From positions 62,124,001-62,188,000 of the forward strand of contig OX597833.1 of NCBI GenBank assembly GCA_951406725.2: 64,000 nt of DNA. Direction: 5' to 3'. The stretch is from Octopus vulgaris (Eukaryota). Below, in pieces: positions 51,745 through 64,000 of the stretch (positions are counted from its first letter, which is position 1; each line of letters starts with the position of its first letter). The notes beneath the pieces were generated by a model, which did not search any database, was not told the origin of the DNA, and saw only the letters and a program-made list of their open reading frames with translations. The translations under genes were made by a program, and so were the position numbers.

Positions 51745-52268
51745 TACGTATGTCCTTGGCTGTCACAGCCCATATTTCACTGCCATGTAAGCATAGCTGT
51801 TCGCATACAGGCATCATATGGTCTGCCTTTCGCTCTGAGAGAGAGAGTGACCCTTTGTTGCCAGCAGAGGTAAGAGCTCTCTGAACTTTGCCCTGCCTAA
51901 TCTTATTCTCACAGCTATGCTCTTGGAGCATCAACCTCTGCTACTGACATGGTCACCTAGATAACTGAAGCTATCTACTACCTCTAGCTTACCCACCTGG
52001 CAGTTGATGGAGTCTATTTTCTGTACATTTTCGTTGTTTATTGTACCTGTGCATCTTCCACAAACAAAAGTTATTTTCCCTGTTAACCTTCCTCTGATAT
52101 TGCTGCACCTCTTATGTGTCCATAGATTATGGAGTTTCTACCGGTGCCTTTTCAACAGATCAAGCAGGACCATCTACCTGAGGGGATTTGTGATTTGTCT
52201 GCCTTCCTACTTACTAAGACTTTGGTTTTTGCTAGGTTAACTCTAAGGCCCTTCGTTACTAGACCTTG
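51745..52268 (-). mobile_element. Decayed RTE RT fragment with Cys/His-rich insertion
   Basis: [52 protein letters not shown]. Confidence 0.8.
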
Positions 52269-52271
52269 CTG

Positions 52272-52385
<114 letters not shown>

Positions 52386-52416
52386 CATATATATATTTAT
52401 ATATATATACATATGT

Positions 52417-52703
52417 GGAGGCGCAATGGCCCAGTGGTTAGGGCAGCAGATTCGCGGTTGTAGGATCGTGGTTTCGATTCCCTGACCAGGCGTTGTGAGT
52501 GCTTATTGAGCAAAAACACCTAAAAGCTCTACGAGGCTCCGGCAGGGGGTGGTGGCGATCCCTGCTGTACTTTTTCGTCACAACTTTCTTTCACTCTTTC
52601 TTCTGTTGCCCTGCTCACTTATCCAGCAGGGTGGCGTCATTTGAAGGCTAAAACAATGTGAAGCGCAGTGTGACCAGCGATGTGTAACAACATCTGATAG
52701 CCT
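52417..52703 (+). mobile_element. OR-type head with a fourth kind of 3' tail
   Basis: Matches OR2 up to about 52605, then unrelated sequence. Confidence 0.78.
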
Positions 52704-52730
52704 GTATATATACACACACACATATATATA

Positions 52731-53921
52731 TGAGGTCTGATCAATAAGTATCCAGACTGTTGCCATAGTAACAAAGCTAAAGCACGCAGAGTAAAGTCAC
52801 ATGGCACAGATTGACCTTGACCTCTGCTGTGCACGCATACTAAGTTTTAACATTCTAGCTCACTTTCGCTGTTTACAGCAGTGCTTGGAAGGAAGGTGTG
52901 TAGTGTATGATTGTCGTATTGACCATAACAGAGAAAGTTGTCATGGTGATACCTGCTCAGAGGCCTATGTAAGGTCGCAGAAAGTGTATGGAGAGGAGTG
53001 TTTGAGCCACACACAAGTGTACAAGTGGTTCAGACGTTTCCAAGATGGTCAAAATAATGTCAATATTGATGAACGTTCTGGGTGACACACAACCAGCAGA
53101 ACTGAGAAAACATCGAGAAAAACAGGAGTGGCTGTGTGGTAAGTAGCTTGTTTACCAACCACATGGTCCCGGGTTCAGTCCCACTGCATGGCACCTTGGG
53201 CAAGTGTCTTCTACTATAGCCTCGGGCCGACCAAAGCCTTGTGAGTGGATTTGGTAGACGGAAGCTGAAAGAAGCCCGTCGTATATATATGTATATATAT
53301 ATATATATGTGTGTATGTGTTTGTGTGTCTGTGTTTGTCCCCCTAGCATTGCACGGCAACCGATGCTGGTGTGTTTATGTCCCCGTTAACTAATGGTTCG
53401 GCAAAAGAGACCGATAGAATAAGTACTGGGCTTACAAAAGAATAAGTCCCGGGGTCGAGTTGCTCGATTAAAGGCGGTGCTCCAGCATGGCCGCAGTCAA
53501 ATGACTGAAACAAGTAAAAGAGTAAAGAGTATGTGCATGCAGCTAGGAGAGGAAATCGTTGAATCTCCATCCGTGAGTTATCAGAGGATGTGCAGATTAG
53601 TTACGGTTCAGTTCTGTCCATTATCACTGAAGATCTGGGTATGAGAGACCATAAGCCTCTGAGCAGGTATCGCCAAGCTTTTGACAAAATTTGATGCAGA
53701 TTCTCTGCTCAACTTTCTCTGTCATGGTCAGTGCGATATGATCACATGCTACACACCTTCCTTCCAAGCACTGCTGTAAACAGCAGAAGTGAGGTAGAAT
53801 GTTAAAACTTTGTGCACATGCACAACAGAGTTCAAGGTCAATTTGTGCCGAGCGGCTTCACTTTGTTTGCTTTGGCTTCGTAACTATAGCAACAGTCCAG
53901 ATGCTTATTGATCAGACCACA
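52731..53921. mobile_element. Palindromic mariner derivative (two inverted 5' ends) interrupted by SINE A (53123-53531, plus)
   Basis: Arms 52731-52968 and 53651-53921 are inverted copies. They include the transposase N-terminus (MTEKVEQRICIKFCQKLGDTCSEAY; VYGEECLSHTQVYKWFRRFQDG..DERSG). Confidence 0.85.
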
Positions 53922-54093
53922 CATATATATGTCAATCATCATACCCGTGCATCCATGCATGGCAGACGGACTTTAAACAAGGATGACAGCAACATATATA
54001 TATATGTACACACACACACATATATACACACACACGTATATTCATCCTTCAACCTCTATTTTCTCATGAACTCTCTCTCTCTCTCTCTCTCCC

Positions 54094-54128
<35 letters not shown>

Positions 54129-54217
54129 ATGTATGTATGTGCGTATATTTACATTTACATACATTCGCTCTCCTCCCCCATATATATGTATATATATGTA
54201 TATATATATATATATAA

Positions 54218-54415
54218 CGGGAAGGTTTACGAAAATAAACAAAAGACGAAGGCAGGTGGAGTACAAACAAACAAATGTATTAGTATGGCGCTCAGGAATA
54301 GAAATAGAACAAGTCTTTTACGTTTCGAGCCTACGCTCTTCAACAGAAAGATACAGAGAAAAAAAACAAGGAGAGAAAAAAATGCGTGTAGGAGCTAACG
54401 ATCTATCATGGCGTA
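54218..54415 (-). mobile_element. TA-associated hammerhead-bearing mini-element, subfamily 2
   Basis: 54351-54314 minus reads UCUUU CUGUUGA A GAGC GUAG GCUC GAAAC GU A AAAGA. (TA)n on both sides. Confidence 0.72.
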
Positions 54416-54481
54416 TATCTATATATATATATATATATATATACTTATTCATCCATTTCTTTCTCTCTCTCTCTCACACAT

Positions 54482-54518
<37 letters not shown>

Positions 54519-54827
54519 GATGTATATATACATACCTGCCCCTCTACCATTTGCTTCCCCCCTTCCCTAGGAACTGCGAGGAAGTTTCCAGCAACAACTC
54601 TAAGTTCCATGTAGTTTGGCACTGTGTGGAGATATCTGAGACTCTCACAATTCTGCCAAATAACTGATTTCCAGACAGACTCTCAGACAATGTCAGACTT
54701 CAGTTGCTTCCACCGCCAAATCAATTACCTGCCACCCTGAACACACAAACCAACCTCACAATCTCTACCTGATCTTACAACCCGCTTGAAATAGCAGCCA
54801 AATCTTCATCAATTCACACCCTACTAT

Positions 54828-55213
54828 CTTTACTCTTTCGCTTGCTTCAGTCATTTGACTGTGGCCATGCTGGAGCACCGCCTTTAATCGAGCAACTCGA
54901 CCCCGGCACTTATTCTTTTGTAAGCCCAGTACTTATTCTATCAGTCTCTTTTGCCGAACCGCTAAGTGACGGGGACATAAACACACCAGCATCGCTTGTC
55001 AAGCAATGCTAGGGGGACAAACACACACACGCATATACATACATATATACGACAGGCTTCTTTCAGTTTCCGTCTACCAAATCCACTCACAAGGCTTTGG
55101 TCGGCCCGAGGCTATAGTAGAAGACACTTGCCCAAGGTGCCACGCAATGGGACTGAACCTGGAAACATGTGATTGGTAAACAAGCTACTTACCACACAGC
55201 CACTCCTGTGCCT
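54828..55213 (-). mobile_element. SINE family A, full length
   Basis: Matches the consensus. Confidence 0.92.
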
Positions 55214-55971
55214 ATATATATACTATATACTATCTTCAAAAAAAAAAAGAAAAAAAAGATCAAAAACCAGGCAAGTTATATGACATAAAATGAGAGCCTT
55301 TAAGAAATCCTTTAGTATCTTAAGAAATAGCAGCTAAATCTCTTGCCAGTCACGCTCTGACATCTTAAAGATGGAAGGGCACTTTCAGAAGACAAGATGG
55401 TCACGGCCTGCTGGATCAGAGCTAACCTAAGACTTGACAACAACAAAGACAGATACGTTGGATAAGATAGTTTAAAATGTACAAACAGATGGGGTGGTCA
55501 TGGATGAAATATGTTTGACCATGGATTTTCTTGATCCCGCTGAAAGGGTGAAAGGTAAAGTTGATGTCAGCAGGAATTGAACTCAGAGCATAAGGAGCTG
55601 GAATACATAATGTTTAATCTGAGACTGGAGGTGGTGGTGGTGGTGGGAGTGGCAGTTATGGTTGCATGGTAGAACTGTTGTTGTTGTTTAACACCAGGTC
55701 AACCCTGATCAAGAAGACCTACACTCAAAGACATGATTGTCAAATCTTGCTTTTCAGACATGGTACAAATTATTTATCATTGCATTGTTCAGAGTGTCCT
55801 TCCTTTTATAAAACAATTTGATGTGATTTCAGATGAATTTCTCTGCTATTTCTAGCAAATTGAGCAAGCTGTTCTTCCCTTCATATGGGGTCACAATGTT
55901 GTTTGCTATGATAGTATTGTTGCTGATAATGTTGGTCTATAGTGATAAATTTGGTTATGTTATGGTTGTGA

Positions 55972-56670
55972 TAATCATCATCATCATCATCATCGTCATC
56001 GTTTAATGTCTGCTTTCCATGCTGGCATGGGTTGGATGCTTTGACCGAGGACTGGCAAGCCAGAAGGCTGTACCAGGCTCCAATCTGATCTGGCAGTGTT
56101 TCTACAGCTGATATGCCCTTCCTAACTGCCAACCACTCCGAGAGTGTAGTGGGTGCTTTTTACATACCACCAGCATGGGAGCCAGTCAACAACCACGCTA
56201 GAATCGTGCTTTTTATGTCCCACTGGCACAGGACCAGTCAGCCGGCACTGGCATCAACCATGCTTGAATATTGCCTTTTATGTGCCACCAGCATGGGAGC
56301 CAGTCAGGCGGCACTGGCAACAACCACACTTGAATGGTGCCTTTTATGTGCCACCAGCACAGGACCAGTCAGGCAGCACTTGAATGTTGCTTTGTATGTG
56401 CCACAGGAATGGGAGCCAGTCAGGCGGAACTGACAACGACCACACTCAAATGGTGCTTTTTGATGTCTGGCATCAACCATGCTTGAATATTGCTTTTTAT
56501 GTGCCACCTGTATGGGCGCCAGTCAGGCAGCACTGGTAATGATCACGCTCGAATGCTGCTTTTTACGTTCCACTGGCACGGGTGCCACTCAGGCACTGTC
56601 ATTGGCCACGACAATGACTTCACTTGTCTCAACAGGTCTTCACAAGCACAGTTTATTGCCCAGTGATTGA
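55972..56670 (-). mobile_element. Family B element with long diverged VNTR
   Basis: Tail plus about 7 TTTTATGTGCCACC-type units. Confidence 0.82.
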
Positions 56671-56886
56671 AGGATACTCTTAATTGGGCCGGTTCTTGGA
56701 GGTAATGATTAACTGAGATAGTATTGGCTATCATATAGTGTTGTACATCTATTAGTGATCATAGCATTGATCATGATAGTTTAGGGTTGCCATACGTTTG
56801 TATTTTCCAAGACATGTCCTGGATTCTGGTGTCAAAATTTGCATCCAGAAGTTCAGAATTTCAGCTTCCACCACTTTATGTATATA

Positions 56887-57270
56887 TAGGAGTGGCTGTG
56901 TGGTAAGTAGCTTGCTTACCAACGATATGGTTCCAGGTTCAGTCCCACTGCATGGTACCTTGGGGAAGTGCCTTCTACTATGGCCTCGGGTCGACCAAAG
57001 CCTTGTGAGTGGATTTGGTAGACGGAAACTGAAAGAAGCCCATCGTATGTCATCATCATCGTTTAACGTCCATTTTCCTTGTGTATGTATATGTTTGTGT
57101 GTCTGTGTTTGTCCCCCCAACATCGCTTGACAACCAATGCTGGTATGTTTACATCCCTGTCACTTAGCAGTTCGGCAAGAGAGACTGATAGAATAAGTAC
57201 TAGGCTTCCAAAGAATAAGTCCTAGGGTCGATTTGCTTGACTAAATGACTGAAACAAATAAAGGAATAAA
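56887..57270 (+). mobile_element. SINE family A carrying an inverted family B tail fragment
   Basis: CATCATCATCGTTTAACGTCCATTTTCC at 57051-57078 replaces part of the internal microsatellite. Confidence 0.82.
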
Positions 57271-57299
57271 AGAATATATATATATATATATAATTTTTT

Positions 57300-59245
57300 T
57301 TACTTCTCTTTCTCTCTCTCCCCATCTTTTTCACTCTAGCCCCCTATTTCTATCTCTCCCCCTCTCTTTCTCTCTCTCTCTCCCAATCTTTCTATCGCAC
57401 CCCATTTTCTCTTTCTCTCTCTCTCCCTCTTACTCTCTCCACCATCTTTCTCTCCCCATCATTCTCTCTCTCCCAATCTCTCTCTCTCCCTATCTTTTTT
57501 CCCTCACCTCATCTTTCTATCCCCATCTTTTTCTCTCCTTCTCTTTTTCTCTCTCTCTCTCCCTCTTTCTCTCTGTCCCCATCTTTCTCTCACCCTCCAC
57601 ATCTTTTTTCTCTCTGCCCATATTTCTCTCTCCCTCTTTCTTCTCTGCCCATCTTTCTCTCACTCTCCCCATCATTTTCTCTCTCTCCCTCTCCTTTCTA
57701 TCCATCTTTCTCTCTCTTGCCATCTTTCTATCTCTCCCCATCTTTTTCTCTCTTCCTCTCTCTCTCTCTCTCTCTCTTTTCTCTCTCTCTCTCCCTCCGT
57801 TTCTCTATCTCCCCATCGTTTTCTCTTCTCCCTCTCTTTCTCTCCCCCTCTCTCTCTCCCCATCTTTTTTCACTCTCACCCTCTCTCACTGTCCCCATCT
57901 CTCTCTCCCTATCTTTCTCCCTCACTTTCTCCCTCTCTCACCCCATTTCTCTCTGTCCCCATTGTATTCTCTCTCTCCCTCTCCTTCTCTCTCTCTACCC
58001 ATCTTTCTCGCTCTTGCAATCTTTCTATCTCTCACCATCTTTTTCTCTCTCCCTCTCTTTCTTTCTTTTTCTCTCCCATCTTTCTCTCACTCTCTCTTTC
58101 TCTCTTCCCCCATCTTTCTCATTTCATCCCTCTCTCCCCATCTATTTCTTTCTACCCTTCTCTCTCTCCCTCTCTTTCGCTCTCTCTCTTTCTCTCTCCC
58201 TCTTTCTCTCACCATCTGTCTCTCTCCCCATCTTTCTCTCTTTCCCCATCTTTCTCTCTCTCTCTCTCTTCCTCTTTCTCCCCATCTTTTTATCTAACTT
58301 TCCATCTTTCTCTCTCTCCCCATCTTTCTCTCACTCTACCCATGTTTCTCTCTCTTTCCCCATCTTGCTCTCTCTCCCCAACTTTCTCTCCCTCTCCCCA
58401 TCTTTCTCCCTCTCCCTCCCCATTTCTCTCTGTCCCCATCGTTTTCTCTCTCTCCCTCTCCTTCTTTCTCTCACTACCTATCTTTCTCTCTCTCCCCCTT
58501 TTTTTACTCTCTCTCTCTGTCTCTCTCCATCTTTCTCTCTCCCTCTCTTTTTCTATCTTCCCATCTTTCTCTCTCGCTCCCCTTCTTTTTCTCTCTCCTC
58601 ATCTTTCTCGCTCTCCCTCTCTTATTCTCTCTCCCCATCTTTTTCTCTCTCACTATCTTTCTCTCTCTTGCCATCTTTCTCTCTCTCCGCGTCTTTTTCT
58701 CACACTCTCTCTTCCCATCTTTCTCTGTCTCCCCATCTTTCTCTTTCTCTCTCCCCATCTTTTTCTCTCTCCATCTTTTTCTCTCTCCCCATCTTCCTCT
58801 CTCCCCATTTTTTTCTCTCTCTCCCCACCTTTCTCTTCATTTCTGTCTCTAATTCTCATCATTTCTCTTTACCTCTCTATTTCCCCATCACTTTCTCTCT
58901 CTCTCTCTCTCTCTCTCTCCTCATCTCTCTCTCCATTTCTCTCTCCCCCTCACTTTTTTCCTATCACTCTCTCTTTATCACTCTCACCATCTCTTCTCTC
59001 TCTCTCTTTGTATCTCCATCCCCCTCTCTCTCTCAGTTCTCCTAACTCTCACTCAATCTCTTTAGCCCTTACTTTTTTCCATCTCTTACATTATCTCTCC
59101 TTCTTCCTCTCTATCTCTATCTTTCTCCACATGTGTCTCTGTATCTTTCAAGTGATGATGATGATGATGAATCTCACTCTCTCTCATCTCTCTCTGTCTT
59201 TCTCTTCATCTCTCTATTTCCAACTATCTCATTTACCTCTCCTTC
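57300..59245. repeat. ~1.9-kb pyrimidine-strand (CT-rich) minisatellite
   Basis: Recurring CCCCATCTTT(CT)n, with very few purines on the plus strand. Confidence 0.95.
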
Positions 59246-59250
59246 TCCAT

Positions 59251-59490
59251 AGGCACAGGAGTGGCTATGTGGTAAGTAGCTTGCTTACGAACCACATGGT
59301 TCCGGGTTCAGTCCCACTGCATGGCACCTTGGGCAAGTATCTTCTGCTATAGCCTCAGGCTGACCAAAGCCTTGTGAGTGGATTTGGTAGACGGAAACTG
59401 AAAAGAAGCCCGTCGTATATATGTATATATATATATGCGTGTGTGTATTTGTGTGTCTGTGTTTGTCCCCCTATTGAAAGAAGCCCGTCG

Positions 59491-59541
<51 letters not shown>

Positions 59542-59752
59542 GTGTATATATTTGTGTGTCTGTGTTTGTCCCTCCAACATCGCTTGACAACCGATGCTGG
59601 TGTGTTTACGTCCCCGTAACTTAGCGGTTCGGCAAAAGAGAAACCGATAGATTAAGTACTAGGCTTACAAAGAATAGGTCCTGGGGTCGATTTGTTCGAC
59701 TAAAGGCGGTGCTCCAGCATGGCCGCAGTCAAATGACTGAAACAAGTAAAAG
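59251..59752 (+). mobile_element. SINE family A with internal tandem duplication
   Basis: AAAGAAGCCCGTCGTATAT..GTGTCTGTGTTTGTCCC is present twice (59402-59471 and 59477-59572). Confidence 0.9.
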
Positions 59753-59849
59753 AAAAAAAATCTTCATTTCTTTCTCTTCATCATTTCCTATGTCTTGGCG
59801 CCACTTTAGCATGCAGTCTACCTGACCATTTACACTTTGGTGTGCATTT

Positions 59850-60160
59850 TACCCCTAACCCTAAACCATAATTGAAACCTTGAACTCTAAACCTTAATCC
59901 TAACCTTAAACCCTAAATCCTAAATTTTAAACCCAAACCCTAAGCACTTATTGTAACCCTAAGCCATACCCCTAGCCCTAACCTTAAACCCTAAATCTTA
60001 AACCCTGACCCTAACCTCTAAACCTGACCTTAAACCCTAAACCCTAACCTTAAATCCTAGACCTTAACCCCTAACCCTAAATAGTAAACCTCAACCAGAC
60101 CTTAAACCCTAAACCTTAACCAGAACCATAACCCTAAGCCCCAAACCCTATTCATAACCC
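59850..60160. repeat. Degenerate (TAACCC/TAAACCC)n telomere-like tract
   Basis: Direct: mixed 6- and 7-mers. Confidence 0.8.
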
Positions 60161-60186
60161 AGATTAGGTCATTTCACAGTTTATAC

Positions 60187-60827
60187 CAGTGGTTCCCAAC
60201 CTGTGGTTTGTGGACCCTAGGTGGTCCACAAAGGTAGTACTGGGAGTTTGTGAACTAAATTCAAAATTTCACACACACCCCCACACGCATGTATGTATAT
60301 ATGTATCTATCTATATATCTCTATATAAAGCTGAAGTTGTCTGTGTATGGCAGGTTTGGTAGCCTTCAGCTAACACTATCTCCTCCGAGACCCTGTGGCG
60401 CAAGTTGACCAAAATTGAGAGTATGATAGAAGGCTTGCTCTTCCTTCCGTAGTAGAAAAAATTCAAATCGGACCATGTTAACACCAAAAATTATTTACAT
60501 CACGAAGGTGCTTTTTTTTCTATGAAAATCCCTATTTTTTACGATTTTTTTACTGCTGTGTCGCCATTTTTCGGTGTATTTCAACCAGAAAAATGTTCAC
60601 AGAAAGAGAATAACAAGCTACATAATGCAAAATTTTTACTTTTCAAAAATCCCAATTCTAAAGGGTCGAAACAAACCCGAGCAATGCCTGGCGATACTGC
60701 TAGTATATATATATATATATATATGCACACATATATACACATAAGGATAAGCATATTAAAAGGGGTCTGTAGGAAAACTCATTTAAATAAAAGGGGTCCT
60801 TGGTAGTGAAACGGTTGGGGACCACTG
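60187..60827. mobile_element. hAT (Charlie-like) MITE with 8-bp TSD
   Basis: TIRs CAGTGGTTCCCAACC / GGTTGGGGACCACTG. TSD GTTTATAC at 60179-60186 and 60828-60835. Confidence 0.92.
60306..60703 (+). mobile_element. Non-autonomous Helitron nested in the hAT MITE
   Basis: Starts A|TCTAT..ATATAAAG and ends with an imperfect GC hairpin then CTAG|T. No TSD. Confidence 0.7.
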
Positions 60828-61024
60828 GTTTATACTATGGATACAGTGGCAGATCGAACCAGTTCTCTCCCTCTCTCTCTCTCCCCGTTTCTCTTCCTCT
60901 CCCTGACCCTTTCTCTCCCCACTCCCCAAACTGAACATAGTTTGGTCTGTTTGGTTTGTTAACCCACCTCGTGTCTTCCCACCTACACACACACATACAC
61001 GCATGGGTTTTGTCTGCTAGACAT

Positions 61025-61436
61025 CTCTCTTTTACTCTTTTACTTGTTTCAGTCATTTGACTGCGGCCATGCTGGAGCACCGCCTTTAATCGAGCAACTC
61101 GACCCCGGGACTTATTCTTTTGTAAGCCCAGTACTTATTCTATCGGTCTCTTTTGCCGAACCGCTAAGTAACGGGGACATAAACACACCAGCATCGGTTG
61201 TCAAGCGATGCTAGGGGGACAAACACAGACACACAAACACATACACACACATATATATATATACATATATACGACGGGCTTCTTTCAGTTTCCGTCTACC
61301 AAATCCACTCACAAGGCATTGGTCGGCCCGAGGCTAAAGTAGAAGATACTTGCCCAAGGTGCCACGCAGTGGGACTTGAACCCGGAACCATGTGGTTGGT
61401 AAGCAAGCTACTTACCACACAGCCACTCCTGCGCCT
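61025..61436 (-). mobile_element. SINE family A, full length
   Basis: Matches the consensus. Confidence 0.92.
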
Positions 61437-62082
61437 ATTAATCTCTGTTACTGATGCATACACACCAGCACACACATACTGACATGCTCATATACATACT
61501 AACATAAAAATTAAAGATACACACACACACACTAGTTTGGTTTGCTACTATACGGATCTCTCTCAATTGTTGCTATATTATTATTGCTTGGCCACACACA
61601 CACACACACACACACATTTTACTAGCTCTGGGTTTCGGTAACAGCTCCTCAAAAACCTTCCTTTTTACACACACACACTTTCTCTCTCCCCCCCTCTCTC
61701 TCCGTTCTCCCCTCTATCGTTCACCGATGCTTTTCCTCCTCTTATCTTTCTATCTATCTTCCTCCATTTTTTATTAACGTTTTCTCTCCTCCCTCTCTCT
61801 CTCTCTTCTCCCTATCTGTCTATCTATCCATCAGTCAGTCTGTCTGTCTGTCTTCTTCCAAATTTCATTTACTGACACTGTTTACATCTCTTTCTCTCTC
61901 TATATATATCTCTCTGTCTGTTTTCCTCCCTATATCATTCCCTACCTCTCCTTCACAACCCCCTCTCTATCTTCTCTCACCCTATTTATCTATCATCCTC
62001 CGCCTATCTCCCTTCTTATTTCCCTCTCTCTATAATTACTATCTTTCATAACACACCCTCGCTTGCGCCGTTACGTATGACT

Positions 62083-62132
<50 letters not shown>

Positions 62133-62442
62133 CCTTTCTGCTACAGGCACAAGGGCTGGTATTTTGGGGGAGGGGCTAGTCGGTTACATCGACCTCCGTA
62201 CTCGACTGGTACTTATTTTATCGACCCCCGCCAAAAAAAAAAAAAAAAAAAAAAAAGAGCTGCTAGGCAAAGTCGACCTTGGCGTAATTCGAACTCAGAA
62301 CATTAAGGGTCGGAAAAAAATGCCGCTAAGCAATTTTGTCCGGCGTGCTAACGACTCAATTATCCCTACTTTTTATAATAATAATAATAATAATAATAAT
62401 GATAATAATAATAATAACATCAACAACAACAATAATAATAAC

Positions 62443-62475
<33 letters not shown>

Positions 62476-62800
62476 TTCTTTACTACCTACAAGGGGCTAA
62501 ACACAGAGGGGACAAACAAGGACAGATATCGACCCCAGTGCGTAACTGGTACTTAATTTATCGACCCCGAAAGGATGAAAATAATCATAAATAACCATAA
62601 TTCTTTCTACTGTAGGCGCAAAGGCCTGAAATTTGGGGGCAGTCGATTACATCAACCCCCCTCTGGTACTGATTTCATCGACCTCGAAAGGATGACAAGG
62701 CAAAATCGATCCCGGCAGAATTTGAACTCAGAACGTAGAGTCGGAAGAAATGCCGCTAAGATATTTCGTCCGGCATGCTAACGATTCTGCCATCGCCGCT
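62133..62800 (-). mobile_element. Three family C SINE copies or fragments in (AAT)n
   Basis: 62133-62357 (with an internal poly-A), 62475-62580 and 62600-62800. CpGs unusually well preserved. Confidence 0.8.
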
Positions 62801-62834
62801 TTTTATAAATGCTCCGACTTGTATCACTAAAGAC

Positions 62835-62874
<40 letters not shown>

Positions 62875-63439
62875 CTTTACTCCCCGCCGTCTCCACCATA
62901 CTCCTTCACTCTGTCTCTCACTCACTTAATCACGCACTAACACCCTCAATTAACAGCGTCACTCTTACTCATTCACCGTCTCTCACACTCTCTCTCTATC
63001 ACGTTCTTTCTATCTCTATCTCATGCTTATACTTCCCCTCTCTCTCAAAAATCTGTCTCAGTCTCTTTCCCTCCAACTATCCCTTTCTGTCACTCCACTT
63101 CCCTCCGTCTCTCATTCTACTCTGTCTCCTCTTCCCACTTTGACTCTCACCTCTTCTATCTCTCTCTCTTTCTGTCTCCTCCTCTCTTATCTCACTTGCT
63201 TCCTCTCTCTCTCCTTATATGTAATCACTTCCTCCCTCCCTCTCGCTTATTTCATTTGCTTCCTCTTTCTGTATACGTAATCTCTCTTCCTCCGTCTCAA
63301 TCTCAATCCCTTCCCTCTCGCTCTTCCCCTTACTGTCTTTTCCTCTCTCTTACTCATTTCTCTCCCTTCCTATCACTTACTTCCTCCTCTATATATTTAT
63401 ATTACCCTCTCTCTGTCCCTCTCAATCCGTTCTCTGCCT

Positions 63440-63986
63440 CTCTCCCTCTCTCTCTCCCGCGCTCCATTCCCCTCTATATCTTTCGCTTCCCCCCCCTCTC
63501 TCTACGCATGTGTTGTTGTGTGCCGACTGCGAAGCCGTCTCCCACTACGTCAGTCGGTCTACTGTTACCGCCACCACCACCAACCTCTTGCGCGCACGCT
63601 CCACCAGAGGATTTTTTTAAGCTCGTCGTTAGCACACGTTTTGCTTTCTGCCCTCTGTCGTGGCCCCCCAAAAATAACAGCATCTCTTGTTTTTTTTTTT
63701 TAATTCCCCCCCTCCCAACCCTCTTCTTTCCACCACCACACACACACACACACAAACACACATCTGTACATATATAAATATATATATATGTATATATAAA
63801 TATACACACAATCACATATATATATATATATATATACATACATATATATATATATAAGGTGTAACATTTTTTTTTTTCAACTGTTCGATTCGGCTTGGCT
63901 TTTTTTTTTTTTTTTTACCAATTCTTTCATTCGGGGTCGATCACACACCAGCCATCAAGCTGAATTCCTTGTTCTTTCTCTCCAAG
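63440..63986 (+). promoter_or_regulatory. Candidate promoter / 5' UTR
   Basis: Unique CpG-enriched sequence after a long CT-rich tract. TACGTCA (CRE-like) overlaps TCAGTC (Inr-like) at about 63546-63555. Lies upstream of the ATG at 63987. Confidence 0.4.
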
Positions 63987-64000
63987 ATGGGGTGCTTCCG
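63987..64000 (+). CDS. Possible start of a G-protein alpha subunit (Gs-like), MGCFR..., cut off by the window end
   Basis: ccaagATGGGGTGCTTCCG has A at -3 and G at +4. MGC is an N-terminal lipidation motif, and invertebrate Gs-alpha proteins typically begin MGCF. Only 14 nt are visible. Confidence 0.35.

Overview
Eukaryotic, repeat-saturated, essentially non-coding DNA. It is very probably octopus (coleoid cephalopod), inferred from tRNA-derived SINEs I recognise as OK/OR-like and from the extreme microsatellite density. Nearly all ORFs in the supplied track are artefacts of simple repeats or SINEs, and no complete host gene is present. The window holds more than 50 SINE or SINE-like copies from several families (my labels A, B, C, plus OK/OR-like). 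It also holds decayed non-LTR fragments (RTE, CR1, R4/Dong, HERO-type), mariner, maT and hAT remnants, TTAA-MITEs, a hAT MITE containing a Helitron, and Penelope-like remnants. The last 14 nt open a reading frame MGCFR in good Kozak context, downstream of a CpG-enriched unique region. This may be the start of a G-protein alpha (Gs-like) gene, which would make the window its upstream region. Most notable observations: (1) a ~200-230 bp element found only at (TA)n tracts that carries a minimal hammerhead ribozyme with a fixed A6U core variant; (2) a TSD-flanked non-coding retrocopy made of 3.7 tandem 187-bp structured RTE 5'-UTR monomers plus a (TAAG)n tail; (3) a second hammerhead inside an inverted Penelope-like foldback; (4) a rearranged RTE with inversion, foldback and an apparently locally templated insert; (5) SINE families that appear to move as tandem multimers. 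Family names come from pattern recall, not database searches, and boundaries are approximate.
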